From: an uncultured Sphingomonadales bacterium | GTDB taxonomy: Bacteria > Pseudomonadota > Alphaproteobacteria > Sphingomonadales > CAKZYD01 | NCBI GenBank assembly: GCA_937884085.1 | Contig: CAKZYD010000405.1 | Coordinates: forward strand, 1 to 57,990 | DNA: 57,990 nt | Reading direction: 5' to 3' | The notes under the pieces: generated by a model | What the model was told of the DNA's origin: nothing | The model's input: the letters and a program-made list of their open reading frames with translations, nothing else | Databases searched by the model: none | Made by a program: the position numbers and the translations under genes | In this document: positions 25,722 through 35,708 of the stretch, in pieces | Numbering within the stretch: position 1 is the first letter of the stretch | Layout: each line of letters starts with the position of its first letter

Positions 25722-26030
25722 GCGCCTTCGTAACCAGGATTGAACACATTGCGCTTAGGTTGCCAAAGCCTAGGCTGCAAAACTGTCCTACAGGCCTTCC
25801 TTGGCGTAGTATGACACAAAGTAAGCGGGCATCAGCATAGGCTCTTCTTAATAAACCAGGTGTGACTTTTGTGACTTTTCAAATCCCCAGACAGACGATG
25901 GAGCAGGCCATGGGACCTGATTTGCCGTTTATTTTGAAAGGGCAAAGGATGGCACAAAGCCATTTGAAACGCAGGCCGTTCTTCACTACATGAAAAGCGC
26001 AACCCCGCAGAAACGAGAAGATGACGACCA

Positions 26031-27992
26031 ATGGCTGACGCCGATTTAAATTTACGCTTGCCTGATGGCTCAACCCGCGCGATGCCGCGCGGCTCGACGG
26101 CGTATGATTTGGCGACGGCGATTGGGCCTGGGCTGGCCAAGGCGGCCATGGCGGCGCGCGTGGATGGCGATGTGTGGGACATTATGCGCCCCATCCCGCA
26201 TGATGCCGAGGTGGCCATCATTACCAAGCGCGATGAAGACGAGGCGCTGGAGCTGGTGCGTCATGACTTTGCGCACCTGCTGGCTGAGGCTGTCCAGCGG
26301 CTCTTCCCCGGCACCCAGATTACCTTCGGCCCCGCGACCGAGGACGGCTTCTACTATGATTTTGCGCCACCGGATCGGCCTTTCACCGATGAAGACCTAC
26401 CGGCCATTGAAGACGAAATGCGCAAGCTAATTGCCGAAGATAAGCCGCTGGTCCGCGAGGTCTGGTCCAAAGCAGACTTGATTGAACGCTGGAAGGCTGA
26501 TGGCGAAGATTTCAAAGCGGAATGGGCCGCTGAGCTGCCCGATGATGAAGAGCTGACCGTCTATTGGTCTGGCGAGCCCAGCAGCGATGGCGCTTGGATG
26601 GACATGTGTAAGGGGCCGCATCTGGCCTCTACCGGCAAGCTGGACCCCAAGGCCTTCAAGCTGACCCGCGTGTCTGGCGCCTATTGGCGCGGCGATCAAA
26701 ACAACGCCATGCTGAGCCGGATTTACGGCACGGCTTGGCTCGACCGCAAGCAGTTGGCGCAGCATCTGGTGCGGCTGGAAGAAGCGGCCAAACGCGACCA
26801 CCGCAAGCTGGGGCGCGAACTGGACCTGTTCCATTTCCAAGAAAATGCGCCGGGCGCCGTGTTCTGGCATCCCAAAGGCTGGCGCGTCTTCCAGGCGCTC
26901 ATTGCTTATATGCGCGAGCGCCAAGAGCGCGCTGGCTATGTGGAAGTGAATACGCCTGATATGATGGATCGCAGCCTGTGGGAGACTTCGGGCCACTGGT
27001 TCAACTATCATGAGCATATGTTCACCACCGACACCGAAGACGGGCGGGTGCTGGCGCTCAAACCCATGAACTGCCCTGGCGGTGTGTCGCTGTTTGCCCA
27101 TGGCCTCAAAAGCTATCGGGACTTGCCGCTGCGCATGGCGGAGTTCGGTAAAGTGCACCGCTATGAACCATCGGGCGCGCTGCATGGCCTGTTGCGCGTG
27201 CGCCACTTTACGCAGGACGACGCGCATATCTTCTGCACGCCTGAGCAGCTCAAAAGCGAATGCCGGGATGTGGTGGAGTTGGTCCTCGATATCTATAAGG
27301 ACTTTGGCTTTGATGACATTGCCATCAAGCTGTCGACCCGGCCTGAGAACAGGATGGGGAGCGATGCCACTTGGGACATTCTCGAAGGCGCGCTGACCAG
27401 TACTTTAGACGCCATGGAGCTGCCGCATAAAGTCAATCCAGGTGAAGGCGCGTTCTATGGGCCGAAGCTAGAGTTCGTTCTGCGCGATGCCATCGGGCGG
27501 GACTGGCAATGCGGCACCTTGCAAGTGGATATGAACCTGCCGGAAGCCTTTGACATTGGCTATGTGGGCGAGGATGGCGAGCGGCATCGCCCCGTCATGC
27601 TGCACCGGGCGCTGTTTGGCTCGCTGGAACGCTTCACCGGCATCTTGATTGAGCATTATGCTGGGAAGCTGCCGCTGTGGCTGGCGCCGGTGCAGGCGGT
27701 TGTTGCCACCATCGTGTCAGATGCGGATGACTTTGCGCTGGAAGCAACCAAGCAGCTCAAAGCCGCAGGCCTGCGCGTTGAGACGGATCTGCGCAATGAG
27801 AAGATCTACTACAAAATACGCGAACACAGTCTGCAAAAAATCGCCAACATCCTGGTGATTGGCAAGCGCGAGGCAGACGAAGGCAAAGTCACGCTGCGGC
27901 GCCTTGGGGTCAAAGAACAGCAGACCGTTTCCCTTGACGACGCGCTTGCCCTGCTCACAGCGGAGGCGGCAGTGCCTGGCTTGGCGGCTTAA
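26031..27992 (+). CDS. thrS: Threonine--tRNA ligase
   Basis: 653 aa. TGS domain start (LRLPDGSTRAMPRGSTAYDLATAIGPGLAKAA), editing domain, class II core motifs (HRKLGRELDLFHF, FGKVHRYEPSGALHGLLRVRHFTQDDAHIF) and a C-terminal anticodon-binding domain. Confidence 0.95.
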   Translation: MADADLNLRLPDGSTRAMPRGSTAYDLATAIGPGLAKAAMAARVDGDVWDIMRPIPHDAEVAIITKRDEDEALELVRHDFAHLLAEAVQRLFPGTQITFGPATEDGFYYDFAPPDRPFTDEDLPAIEDEMRKLIAEDKPLVREVWSKADLIERWKADGEDFKAEWAAELPDDEELTVYWSGEPSSDGAWMDMCKGPHLASTGKLDPKAFKLTRVSGAYWRGDQNNAMLSRIYGTAWLDRKQLAQHLVRLEEAAKRDHRKLGRELDLFHFQENAPGAVFWHPKGWRVFQALIAYMRERQERAGYVEVNTPDMMDRSLWETSGHWFNYHEHMFTTDTEDGRVLALKPMNCPGGVSLFAHGLKSYRDLPLRMAEFGKVHRYEPSGALHGLLRVRHFTQDDAHIFCTPEQLKSECRDVVELVLDIYKDFGFDDIAIKLSTRPENRMGSDATWDILEGALTSTLDAMELPHKVNPGEGAFYGPKLEFVLRDAIGRDWQCGTLQVDMNLPEAFDIGYVGEDGERHRPVMLHRALFGSLERFTGILIEHYAGKLPLWLAPVQAVVATIVSDADDFALEATKQLKAAGLRVETDLRNEKIYYKIREHSLQKIANILVIGKREADEGKVTLRRLGVKEQQTVSLDDALALLTAEAAVPGLAA

Positions 27993-28891
27993 ACGCCGCC
28001 AATGTCCCAAACAACCCGGCGGAACCAATCATGCGCTGGGCTGGCGGCAAATTGCGGGTGCCAGGCCATCACCGATTGGAACATGTCCTTGGGCTGGCGG
28101 AACGGCGGCTCGCGGACGATGAGGTTGAGCTTGGGGGCATAAATTTCGGCAATCCTTTGTGGCACGGTGATGAGAAGGTCAGAGGCTGCAACAATGGCAG
28201 GGCCCATAGCAAAATTGGTGATGGTCATCGCCACCCGGCGCGTAAGCCCGCGGCGCGCGAGGATTTCATCGACAAAACTGCGATCGTCACCGGTGAGGCT
28301 TACCGTGGTGTGGGGGAAGCTGGTAAAGGCCTCCAGCGTCAGCGGGGCTTCCGCCAAGGGATGACCATCGCGCATTAAGATGACGAATTTAATGGGCTCC
28401 AATTCCATTCTCTGCAAATGCGCTGGCAGCCCCGCGAGCGGCAAGAGCGCGAAATCAACCTTTTGCCGGTCCAGCATGCTGGGGCTATCCCCGCGGGCTT
28501 GGTGCATACGGATATTCACATGCGGCGCGTTTTCACTCAAATACGCTGCCAAGCGCGGCAGCAAGCCACTGGCACCCAAATCGACGGCCACGATGCGGAA
28601 GGTGCGTTTCGATGTGGCCGGGTCAAAGTCTGCATTTTCCAGCGCATCTTCCAGCATGGACAGGCTTTGCCGAATGGGACCCGATAATTCTTCCGCCCGG
28701 CGGGTGGGCTTCATGCCGCTGGCGCTGCGCACGAACAAGTCATCGCCCACATGGGCCCGCAAGCGGCTAATGGCATTGGAGACTGCGGGCTGGGTCAGGC
28801 CCAGCCGGTCCGCAGCGCGGGTGACGGTGCCTTCTGACAGGACAGCGTCAAAGACCTTCAAGAGGTTCAGATCAATCGTGTTTAAATTCAT
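27989..28891 (-). CDS. LysR-family transcriptional regulator
   Basis: I prefer the start at 28889-28891: MNLNTIDLNLLKVFDAVLSEGTVTRAADRLGLTQPAVSNAISRLR, a canonical LysR HTH, followed by a substrate-binding domain. The track ORF extension to 29233 is not protein-like. The 3' end overlaps the thrS stop by 4 nt (convergent). Confidence 0.85.
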   Translation of the reverse strand: MNLNTIDLNLLKVFDAVLSEGTVTRAADRLGLTQPAVSNAISRLRAHVGDDLFVRSASGMKPTRRAEELSGPIRQSLSMLEDALENADFDPATSKRTFRIVAVDLGASGLLPRLAAYLSENAPHVNIRMHQARGDSPSMLDRQKVDFALLPLAGLPAHLQRMELEPIKFVILMRDGHPLAEAPLTLEAFTSFPHTTVSLTGDDRSFVDEILARRGLTRRVAMTITNFAMGPAIVAASDLLITVPQRIAEIYAPKLNLIVREPPFRQPKDMFQSVMAWHPQFAASPAHDWFRRVVWDIGGV

Positions 28892-28991
28892 GAAATCAAT
28901 ATCACATATATTGATTATATATTTCAATAATATCTGTATTCCGCTTATCTTTAGAGCATCCACCCTCCCCATGGATGAAAAGGAAACAGAC

Positions 28992-29306
28992 ATGACACCG
29001 CTCTTCAAAACCCTCGGCGCAGCAGCGCTTTTCAGCATGAGCATCAGTGCGCCGGCTTTTGCTGGCAGCTTACAAAGCCAAAATGCAGCTTGCAGCGAAG
29101 CCCTGAGCGCGGAACTTGAGCAAGCCGCCAGCGACGTCGTCATTCGTTTTGATAAACGACGCGGCGCAGGCAAGAAACAACGCCTGATGTACAGCATCAA
29201 AGCCAATGACCTGCGCGGCAAGGCCACGTGCATGGTCTATCGCGATGAAATCAAAGAGATCAGCTTTGATGAAGACTTTGCAGTGAAACTCGCGGCTGCA
29301 GAGTAA
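28992..29306 (+). CDS. Small secreted hypothetical protein, divergent from the LysR gene
   Basis: ATG at 28992 preceded by AGGAAA. MTPLFKTLGAAALFSMSISAPAFA looks like a signal peptide. 104 aa. The rest of track ORF 28380..29306 is antisense to the LysR gene. Confidence 0.5.
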   Translation: MTPLFKTLGAAALFSMSISAPAFAGSLQSQNAACSEALSAELEQAASDVVIRFDKRRGAGKKQRLMYSIKANDLRGKATCMVYRDEIKEISFDEDFAVKLAAAE

Positions 29307-29319
29307 ACAGCCAAACGGC

Positions 29320-29955
29320 CTATGCTGGCGCCAAAGCGGCCCAATCGGGTTCCGTGGCGGCCCAGCAAGGCTGCGCCTCAACCCGGGCAAACCAAGCCTC
29401 AATGTGCCGTTTGCCCGTGATGGGAAGCGGGCATATAGGGTGGTAGCTGATGAGCGAGGCGAGCGCGATATCAGCTAGAGAAAAGCCGCTGGCGGTCACA
29501 TAATCCCGGCCGGCCAAGTGCGCATCCAAGATGCCGGCCCGCATCCGGCCTTCCGCTTCACCGCGTGCAGCCAGGTCCGCGTCACCACCCATCCCTTCCA
29601 GCGGCTTGACCATTCGTTCAATTAGCATGGTATCAAGCGGTGGGTCCCAGTGCCGAGCATTCCAATAGAGCCATTGGTCGACCTCCGCGCGGGCCCGCGA
29701 CACCTCCGGGTAGAGCGCGTTCCCAGGGACTTGGGCACACAAATACTGCATGATGGCGCCTGACTCCCAGAGGAGGAAATCGCCATCTTCAAGAACAGGC
29801 GTGAGACCATTCGGGTTCTTCTTTTTGAAGTCCGGGGTAAAGCTTTCCTTAGCCAGAAGGTTCACAATCTCCAGCTCTACCGAACCCTCCAAAGCGGCAG
29901 CGGTGGCCAGGACCTTGCGCGTATTGTGGGAATAGGGAAAACCATAGAGCTTCAT
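29320..29955 (-). CDS. Glutathione S-transferase
   Basis: MKLYGFPYSHNTRKVLATAAAL...NPNGLTPVLEDGDFLLWESGAIMQYL is a canonical GST N-terminal domain. The start overlaps the stop of the upstream aldoxime dehydratase gene (ATGA). Confidence 0.85.
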   Translation of the reverse strand: MKLYGFPYSHNTRKVLATAAALEGSVELEIVNLLAKESFTPDFKKKNPNGLTPVLEDGDFLLWESGAIMQYLCAQVPGNALYPEVSRARAEVDQWLYWNARHWDPPLDTMLIERMVKPLEGMGGDADLAARGEAEGRMRAGILDAHLAGRDYVTASGFSLADIALASLISYHPICPLPITGKRHIEAWFARVEAQPCWAATEPDWAALAPA

Positions 29956-30977
29956 GATGCGTCTGCTTCACCGCGTACTTGGCCATAGCGCAGCAAGCCC
30001 GTTTCCGGCAGGCAATTGACATAAGTGGCCCGCAGGCCGCCCGCAGCGATCGGGCTGACCTCATGATAGAGGTTCATTTGCGGCGGACGCGGCAGCTTGG
30101 TCATCATCGACATGAAGCGGCCAAAAATGGCTTTGTGCGTGGGATGATTCTTGGTCCAATCCTCTAGCTTAGACAGTTCGACAAAGTAGCCGATTTGGTG
30201 ATTGCGCTGGACGTCGTTGCCGGCTTCGTCGGTCTCCTGAATGAAGTAGCAAGCATAGCAGCCGGATTCTTCTGGGTTGTCCCGCAAATACCGGCCGCCC
30301 GCCACATAGGCTGGATAGACCGAGTTCCGAATTTGTTGCATTTCATCGGGCGGGCATTGGCTCCAATCGGGACCGCCGCGGGTGAAGACCGCATTTTCTG
30401 GCAGGACCACATCGATGATTTCATGGACGCCTGCAGGCATCTTTCTTGGCAAGACGTCGGCTAAACCGACTTCGCTCTCAAGGGCATCTGTCTCGCTTAA
30501 GAGAATACGGTCCCGCGTGCCGCCCCAATAAGCGTGGTAAGGCGAGGCAACAACCTCATCGGCAAGCTTGGCAACGCCCCAATTGACCTCTGTGTCGGCA
30601 ATCAATGTATCAAGCGCACGGGGCCTAATTTCAGACGTTTCAATCCAGCGGCCTATCAAGGGGTCACTGCCAGCGGTGAGCCACGCATTCAGCTCTGCAC
30701 TGGCGCGCCAGTTTGCAAACGCTTCTGCATGGCGCCAATAGGCCATGAGGATATGCATATGCGCGCCAGGAACATCGCTTGACCAGCCTTGCTCAATGAT
30801 ATCCGGACCATTTTCTATGGAAAGAAGAGCACGGGCAGACTGAAGCGATATTTGCGCATCGCCGCCGCGGTCTTGCACACCCACATAGGCGACCGCCAGC
30901 GGCTTGGTATCCTCGTCATATTTTGCTTCATAGGCCTCAAAGGGCGGCACCCAATTGGGCGGTGTGTTGGCTCTCAT
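29952..30977 (-). CDS. oxd: Aldoxime dehydratase (heme-containing Oxd family)
   Basis: 341 aa. The C-terminal region HQIGYFVELSKLEDWTKNHPTHKAIFGRFMSMM...NLYHEVSPIAAGGLRATYVNCLPETGLLR aligns, from memory, with Rhodococcus/Bacillus Oxd (..IGHWASLDQLERWSESHPTHLRIF...RLYHEVSV...YINCHPGTGMLR). It is adjacent to a nitrilase and translationally coupled to it. Confidence 0.8.
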   Translation of the reverse strand: MRANTPPNWVPPFEAYEAKYDEDTKPLAVAYVGVQDRGGDAQISLQSARALLSIENGPDIIEQGWSSDVPGAHMHILMAYWRHAEAFANWRASAELNAWLTAGSDPLIGRWIETSEIRPRALDTLIADTEVNWGVAKLADEVVASPYHAYWGGTRDRILLSETDALESEVGLADVLPRKMPAGVHEIIDVVLPENAVFTRGGPDWSQCPPDEMQQIRNSVYPAYVAGGRYLRDNPEESGCYACYFIQETDEAGNDVQRNHQIGYFVELSKLEDWTKNHPTHKAIFGRFMSMMTKLPRPPQMNLYHEVSPIAAGGLRATYVNCLPETGLLRYGQVRGEADAS

Positions 30978-32101
30978 GCGCCGTCCTTTCCAATCATCAG
31001 CTTGGCCTGGTCGGCGAGCTGCTCGACCTTGTCTTCTTCAATCTCATGCTGGTCTGCGCTGCGCTTCAGCGCGTCGCGGCTAATGGGGCCGCTTTCATAG
31101 AGCTCTCCTGCCACCTGCCAGTTGCCGCCTTGGTTCAGGATGGTGCGCACGACATCGGGGCGCCCATAGTGGCCGCCGGTGTCCACAATGGCCTTGGTCG
31201 CTTTAATCATCCACGCTTCGCAGGTGGCGTAGATCAGCTGGGAGCCTTCTAATGGCCCGGCGATAGGCACACCCAAGGGCGAGACAACTTGGCTACCGCC
31301 GCGGGCATAATCGATATGCATGTGTTCCGCTTGGGGGAAATCATCGGGGATATCTGCAGGGTCAACATAGGCGCTGACCGACAGAGCGAAACAACCCGCC
31401 TCTAACGCATGCGTGCGGGTGACAAAGTGGCCCCAGAAGTTGCCCGACATATCCCATTCTTCCAACCGGGGGCCGGTGTGCAGCGCAAAGGATCCAGGGA
31501 AGACGGCCACATGAAAATCTTCGCCCATAGCGCTGACGGCAGCCCGCAGCGGCGTGATGATGTTCTCCCCACAAATCAGGCCGCCGATACGCCCGATATC
31601 GGTGTCATAAACCGCTATGTCCGAGCCATCGCCTGCGCCCCAATAGAGCCGCTCGGAGAAGGTGGGCATGAGCTTGCGATGCCGGCCCATGAGGTCTCCA
31701 TGCCGGTCAAAGAACAGAAGCGTGTTGTAGATGGTATTTGAGCCGGGGCGCGGGTCAATCTCATTGCAGCCGACGACCACGTACATATTTGCCTTCGCGG
31801 CAGCTTGCCCAATCATCTCCGTTACAGGGCTGGGTACCAAAACGGCTTCGTCAAAAAATCGAATGCGGCCGCCCGCCCATTGCTGAAGGCCCGATTCCCA
31901 GCCCTCCGTCCAATAGGGGTAACCAGCAAGCCAAACTTCTGGAAAAACGATCAGCTCGGCCCCATTGGCTGAGGCCTCTTCTATCGCGTTCACAGCCCGC
32001 TTGGCCGTCTCATCGCGGCTCATATAGGCTGGCGAGATTTGCGCTAGGCAGACCTTAACGGCGTCGCGTCCACCAAGAACTTTTGCCCGTGGGCTGGTCA
32101 T
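30974..32101 (-). CDS. Nitrilase (carbon-nitrogen hydrolase family)
   Basis: 375 aa. FPEVWLAGYPYW (catalytic Glu), HRKLMPTFSERLYWG (Lys) and GGLICGENIITPLR (Cys) form the nitrilase branch-1 pattern. The long C-terminal tail is typical of true nitrilases. Confidence 0.85.
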   Translation of the reverse strand: MTSPRAKVLGGRDAVKVCLAQISPAYMSRDETAKRAVNAIEEASANGAELIVFPEVWLAGYPYWTEGWESGLQQWAGGRIRFFDEAVLVPSPVTEMIGQAAAKANMYVVVGCNEIDPRPGSNTIYNTLLFFDRHGDLMGRHRKLMPTFSERLYWGAGDGSDIAVYDTDIGRIGGLICGENIITPLRAAVSAMGEDFHVAVFPGSFALHTGPRLEEWDMSGNFWGHFVTRTHALEAGCFALSVSAYVDPADIPDDFPQAEHMHIDYARGGSQVVSPLGVPIAGPLEGSQLIYATCEAWMIKATKAIVDTGGHYGRPDVVRTILNQGGNWQVAGELYESGPISRDALKRSADQHEIEEDKVEQLADQAKLMIGKDGA

Positions 32102-32134
32102 ATCCCTGCTCCCTTAGTCCAAAGCAGAAAGGCT

Positions 32135-33187
32135 ATGGCCGGGCGGTCCAAAAACTATCCGGCTCTAGCAACTTCATCCGAATTTGATAAAAAGCATCTT
32201 ATGGATTGGGTGAATCACATTCCCTGGGCAGTGCGCTCGCCCAACGTTTCGCGGGTGCAAACCCAGGTCGGACGGTTTTTGAAGACCTTTCGCATCGAGC
32301 CTAAGCCCGAACAACGCTATGACGCGCGGGTGGCCAATACCCGGGTTGGCAAGCTTGACCTCACGCTGGTTGGATATGGCGGCGATATCACCATCAAGGC
32401 TGGTCAACTGGGCCATTTCTCTATCCTGCAATGGCCGCTGGCGGGCCATTACGACCTCATGGTGGACGGGCGCTCGGTCCGTATTGGCTGCCAGGAAGCA
32501 CATTTGATCGCGCCCGGTGTTCCTGTCCAGCTGCGCTTTTCTGCCGACTGTTTGATGCTGGTCATCCGTTTATCCGCGCAAAGCGCGCGGGCCCTTGGCG
32601 GCGAACTTGATGCTGCCGCAGCGCATTTGACGGAAAAAGAAGCGCTTGGCATTATACTCGATCTCCAAGAGGGCTCTGGCGTTTCGCTAAAGCGCTTGCT
32701 GTCTTATCTTTGCGAAGAAGCCTTCACTGGAAGCCTCTTAAAAGGCCAAACCGACGCACCCCGCCATGCAGAAGACCTGTTCTTTGCCACGCTCAGCAAC
32801 GCCTTGCGTCTTCCTAAGCCTGGCGCGGTCCTCAAACCGCGCAGTGTCTTGCGTGCTGAGAAGTTCATGCTGGCCCATATGGCGGAGCCGATTGGCCTGG
32901 CCGATGTGGCCCGCGCGTCAGGGGTCTCTGCGTCCCGGCTAACGCAGCAATTTCGGAAGATACATGCGCTGCCCCCTATGAAGTGGTGGCGCCTGAGACG
33001 GCTGGACCGTGCGTTTGACGACCTCTCCAGCCCGCTAGATGCAAGTTCGGTCACAGATGTGGGCCTCAGCTGGGGCTTTTCGCATCTTGGGCGGTTTTCA
33101 AGCGCGTATAAATCCCGTTTCGGGGAAACACCGAAACAAACGCTGCAACGAACGCGCAGTGTGGCCGGACGGGTTTATGAAGCTTGA
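32135..33187 (+). CDS. AraC-family transcriptional regulator
   Basis: The C-terminal AraC HTH pair is LADVARASGVSASRLTQQFRKIHALPPMKWWRLRRLDRAFDDL...VTDVGLSWGFSHLGRFSSAYKSRFGETP. It is divergent from the nitrilase operon. Confidence 0.85.
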   Translation: MAGRSKNYPALATSSEFDKKHLMDWVNHIPWAVRSPNVSRVQTQVGRFLKTFRIEPKPEQRYDARVANTRVGKLDLTLVGYGGDITIKAGQLGHFSILQWPLAGHYDLMVDGRSVRIGCQEAHLIAPGVPVQLRFSADCLMLVIRLSAQSARALGGELDAAAAHLTEKEALGIILDLQEGSGVSLKRLLSYLCEEAFTGSLLKGQTDAPRHAEDLFFATLSNALRLPKPGAVLKPRSVLRAEKFMLAHMAEPIGLADVARASGVSASRLTQQFRKIHALPPMKWWRLRRLDRAFDDLSSPLDASSVTDVGLSWGFSHLGRFSSAYKSRFGETPKQTLQRTRSVAGRVYEA

Positions 33188-33394
33188 GTGGCTATGGCCG
33201 TCAGGCTCTCACCAATGAAAGCTTCAATAGTCTCTCTGGCAACACCTGCCCGCACGCAAAGGGAAACGCAGAACAAAAAAGGTGAACACTGCGCCCATTC
33301 CAGACTTGCCATCTGCTGACCGCTAATCTTGTTTATAAGAGGCCAGCCATCGCAATGGAGGCTGGACGGCGGATAGACCTAGGGCAGTAGCGGC

Positions 33395-34339
33395 ATGACA
33401 CCAGAAGACCTTGCACGGGTAAGGCGCGCTTTGCCCCCCTTGCCGCATGGTTTCGCTTATGGGCCAGAGGATTATGCGCTGCACTTGCTCAAGCGGCAGT
33501 TAAGCCAGAGCGCAACTGTACGGCAGCTGAAAGCCTCTGCTTTGTCCGCGCTCTTACAAAAGGCCCAAACGGCCATCAAGGGCGGTGGGCAGGTGGACCA
33601 GACCGACTGTGCCCAAGCGCTGGCCAATCGGCCGAAATACGTTTTTCCCGTCACGGTCCGGGCCTGGGGCAATAACCCTGGTCCAAACTACGATCGCTAT
33701 TATTACCAAACGGCGCGCCAAGGCTTTAACTTGGTCATCCAGATGGGCTTGCCGAGCGAAGTCTGGCGGGATTTTCGCGCGCTGTGCAAACCCTATTTGC
33801 GCGACCCATACAACTCAGACAGCCACCCCGCCCGCAAGAGCGGGCCGCCGACACTGGCCTGGGCCCGAATTGATTTGGACTGGACCACGCGGGAAGCACT
33901 CATTGAAGAAGTTCAAAGCGACTGGGCCGCCAGCATCCAAGAAGACCGCCGCGATAGCTGGGTCTCGTCCTATGATTTTGGCAATCAGCCAGACCGCGTC
34001 CTGACCTTTCTGAAACATGTGTTTCCAGCGGTAGAAACGCTTTGGCCGGAAGCCATCCTGTGGCTCACAATCGACATGCTGACCCAGCATCTGAAGATGC
34101 AGCGCGTTTATATGTATGACCATCAAACTGTGAATTTGACGAAAGGCTATCGTGGCCGCAGCGTTGGCCCCAGATCGCTTTATGAGAAACTGCCCAAGAG
34201 CTTTTGTATGGTCAAAGAAGAGGGGCCGCCTGCTTTCTTATCCAAAGACTTTAAGGCGGGCGATCTGGCAAAGCGTTTCAAAGATATTAGGCCCATGTTT
34301 TGGCGCTTGCCGAAACGCGGGGAATTGCTGCTACGATAG
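33395..34339 (+). CDS. Hypothetical protein (orphan, 314 aa)
   Basis: Long ORF with host-like composition, no signal peptide and no motif I can assign. Confidence 0.55.
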   Translation: MTPEDLARVRRALPPLPHGFAYGPEDYALHLLKRQLSQSATVRQLKASALSALLQKAQTAIKGGGQVDQTDCAQALANRPKYVFPVTVRAWGNNPGPNYDRYYYQTARQGFNLVIQMGLPSEVWRDFRALCKPYLRDPYNSDSHPARKSGPPTLAWARIDLDWTTREALIEEVQSDWAASIQEDRRDSWVSSYDFGNQPDRVLTFLKHVFPAVETLWPEAILWLTIDMLTQHLKMQRVYMYDHQTVNLTKGYRGRSVGPRSLYEKLPKSFCMVKEEGPPAFLSKDFKAGDLAKRFKDIRPMFWRLPKRGELLLR

Positions 34340-34341
34340 AC

Positions 34342-35532
34342 TTAGGCGGGCGCCAGTGCAGCCTTCTTACGGTCTGAGGCGCGCACTTTTTCAGTTTCTG
34401 ACTTCAGCTGCCCGCAGGCGGCCATGATATCGCGGCCACGCGGGGTGCGCACCGGCGCTGAAATACCGCCTTGGAACACAATATCAGAAAAGCGCTGAAC
34501 CCGTTTACGCGACGAGCATTCATAAGGCGCGTCTGGCCACGGGTTAAACGGAATGAGGTTCACCTTCGCTGGAATTTTATGCGCCTTTAAAAGACGCACC
34601 AAAGCGCGCGCATCGTCATCGCTATCATTTACGTCTTTCAGCATTACATATTCAAAGGTGATGCGGCGGGCATTGTGGGCGCCAGGATAGTTGGCGCAGG
34701 CATCCAGGAGGTCTTCCAGACGATATTTTCTATTCAGCGGGACAACCACATCGCGCACAGCGTTGGAGACGGCATGGAGAGACACAGCCAAATTCACGCC
34801 AAGCTCCACACCAGCGCGCTCCATCATGGGGATCACACCAGCGGTTGAAAGCGTAATGCGCCGACGCGAGAGCTGAATGCCCTCCTCATCCATGACGATT
34901 TGCATCGCCTTTTTGACTTGCTCAAAGTTGTAGAGCGGCTCGCCCATGCCCATGAGCACAATGTTGGTAATTTTACGCCCGTGCGTCGGCGCCACCCAAT
35001 CGTCCAAATCATCGCGTGCCAAGAGGAACTGGCCAACGATTTCACCAGCGCTCAAGTTGCGGACCAGACGCTGCGTCCCGGTATGACAGAAATGGCAAGT
35101 CAGCGTGCATCCGACCTGGCTTGAAATACACAATGTGCCGCGGTCTTCGTCAGGGATGAAGACACATTCCGCCTCGGCTCCGTCACTGAACCGCAGAAGC
35201 CACTTGCGCGTTCCGTCGGTCGAGATCTGCGCCGAAGATACGTCAGGCCGTGACATGGTAAAATGCGCTGACAGCTTTGCGCGCAGGTCCTTTGCCACAT
35301 TGTCCATGGCCGCGAAATCGCGAACACCGCGATGATAGAGCCAATGCCAGACCTGTTTAGTACGCATATTGAGCTGCTTTGGCGGGACACCGATCTCCTC
35401 AAGAGCCGCCTTGAGCTGCGCCCGATCCACGCCAAGCAGGTCGCGCAGGCCGGCAGCTATCGCTGGAGCGCGCCGCGGCATGACTTGAGGAGTATGAGCG
35501 CCAGGAATTTCCATAGTGCGCCTTATGACCAA
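34342..35532 (-). CDS. rlmN: 23S rRNA (adenine2503-C2)/tRNA methyltransferase, radical SAM
   Basis: [18 protein letters not shown] (CxxxCxxC radical-SAM cluster), [14 protein letters not shown] and the conserved C-terminal ACGQL Cys. The exact start is uncertain. Confidence 0.9.
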   Translation of the reverse strand: MVIRRTMEIPGAHTPQVMPRRAPAIAAGLRDLLGVDRAQLKAALEEIGVPPKQLNMRTKQVWHWLYHRGVRDFAAMDNVAKDLRAKLSAHFTMSRPDVSSAQISTDGTRKWLLRFSDGAEAECVFIPDEDRGTLCISSQVGCTLTCHFCHTGTQRLVRNLSAGEIVGQFLLARDDLDDWVAPTHGRKITNIVLMGMGEPLYNFEQVKKAMQIVMDEEGIQLSRRRITLSTAGVIPMMERAGVELGVNLAVSLHAVSNAVRDVVVPLNRKYRLEDLLDACANYPGAHNARRITFEYVMLKDVNDSDDDARALVRLLKAHKIPAKVNLIPFNPWPDAPYECSSRKRVQRFSDIVFQGGISAPVRTPRGRDIMAACGQLKSETEKVRASDRKKAALAPA

Positions 35533-35708
35533 ACAGACTGTGTTTGTCTATTCCAGCCCTTTGCAAACCCAAGCATCACGCCGACGCAAAATGTGATACC
35601 AATAGCTTTGCCCTATAAAATTTCATCATACAAAATATTTTATTTATCAACAACTGCGCACTAAATACAACCATATCAAGAGAATTTGGAGCGAAGGATA
35701 GCGAGACA

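Noticed and set aside
25722-26030. 309-nt thrS leader as a possible T-box, attenuator or operator, including the direct repeat gtgacttttgtgactttt (about 25860-25878)
   Set aside because: I could not identify T-box specifier or antiterminator elements, nor a convincing terminator hairpin. The short repeat alone is not enough to call a regulatory RNA.
26427-27227. 266-aa - strand ORF inside thrS. Similar long antisense or off-frame ORFs: 18875..19669, 42802..43563, 44163..44639, 46608..47306, 48000..48548, 52339..53052, 53711..54553, 54662..55381, 56332..56859
   Set aside because: All lie entirely within strongly supported genes on the opposite strand or in another frame. They have Arg/Ala/Gly/His-rich, motif-less sequences and are shadow ORFs expected in high-GC DNA.
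28380-28991. First ~200 codons of the 308-aa + strand ORF 28380..29306
   Set aside because: This part is antisense to the well-supported LysR regulator (27989..28891). Only the last 104 codons, which have their own RBS and signal peptide, were kept as a possible gene.
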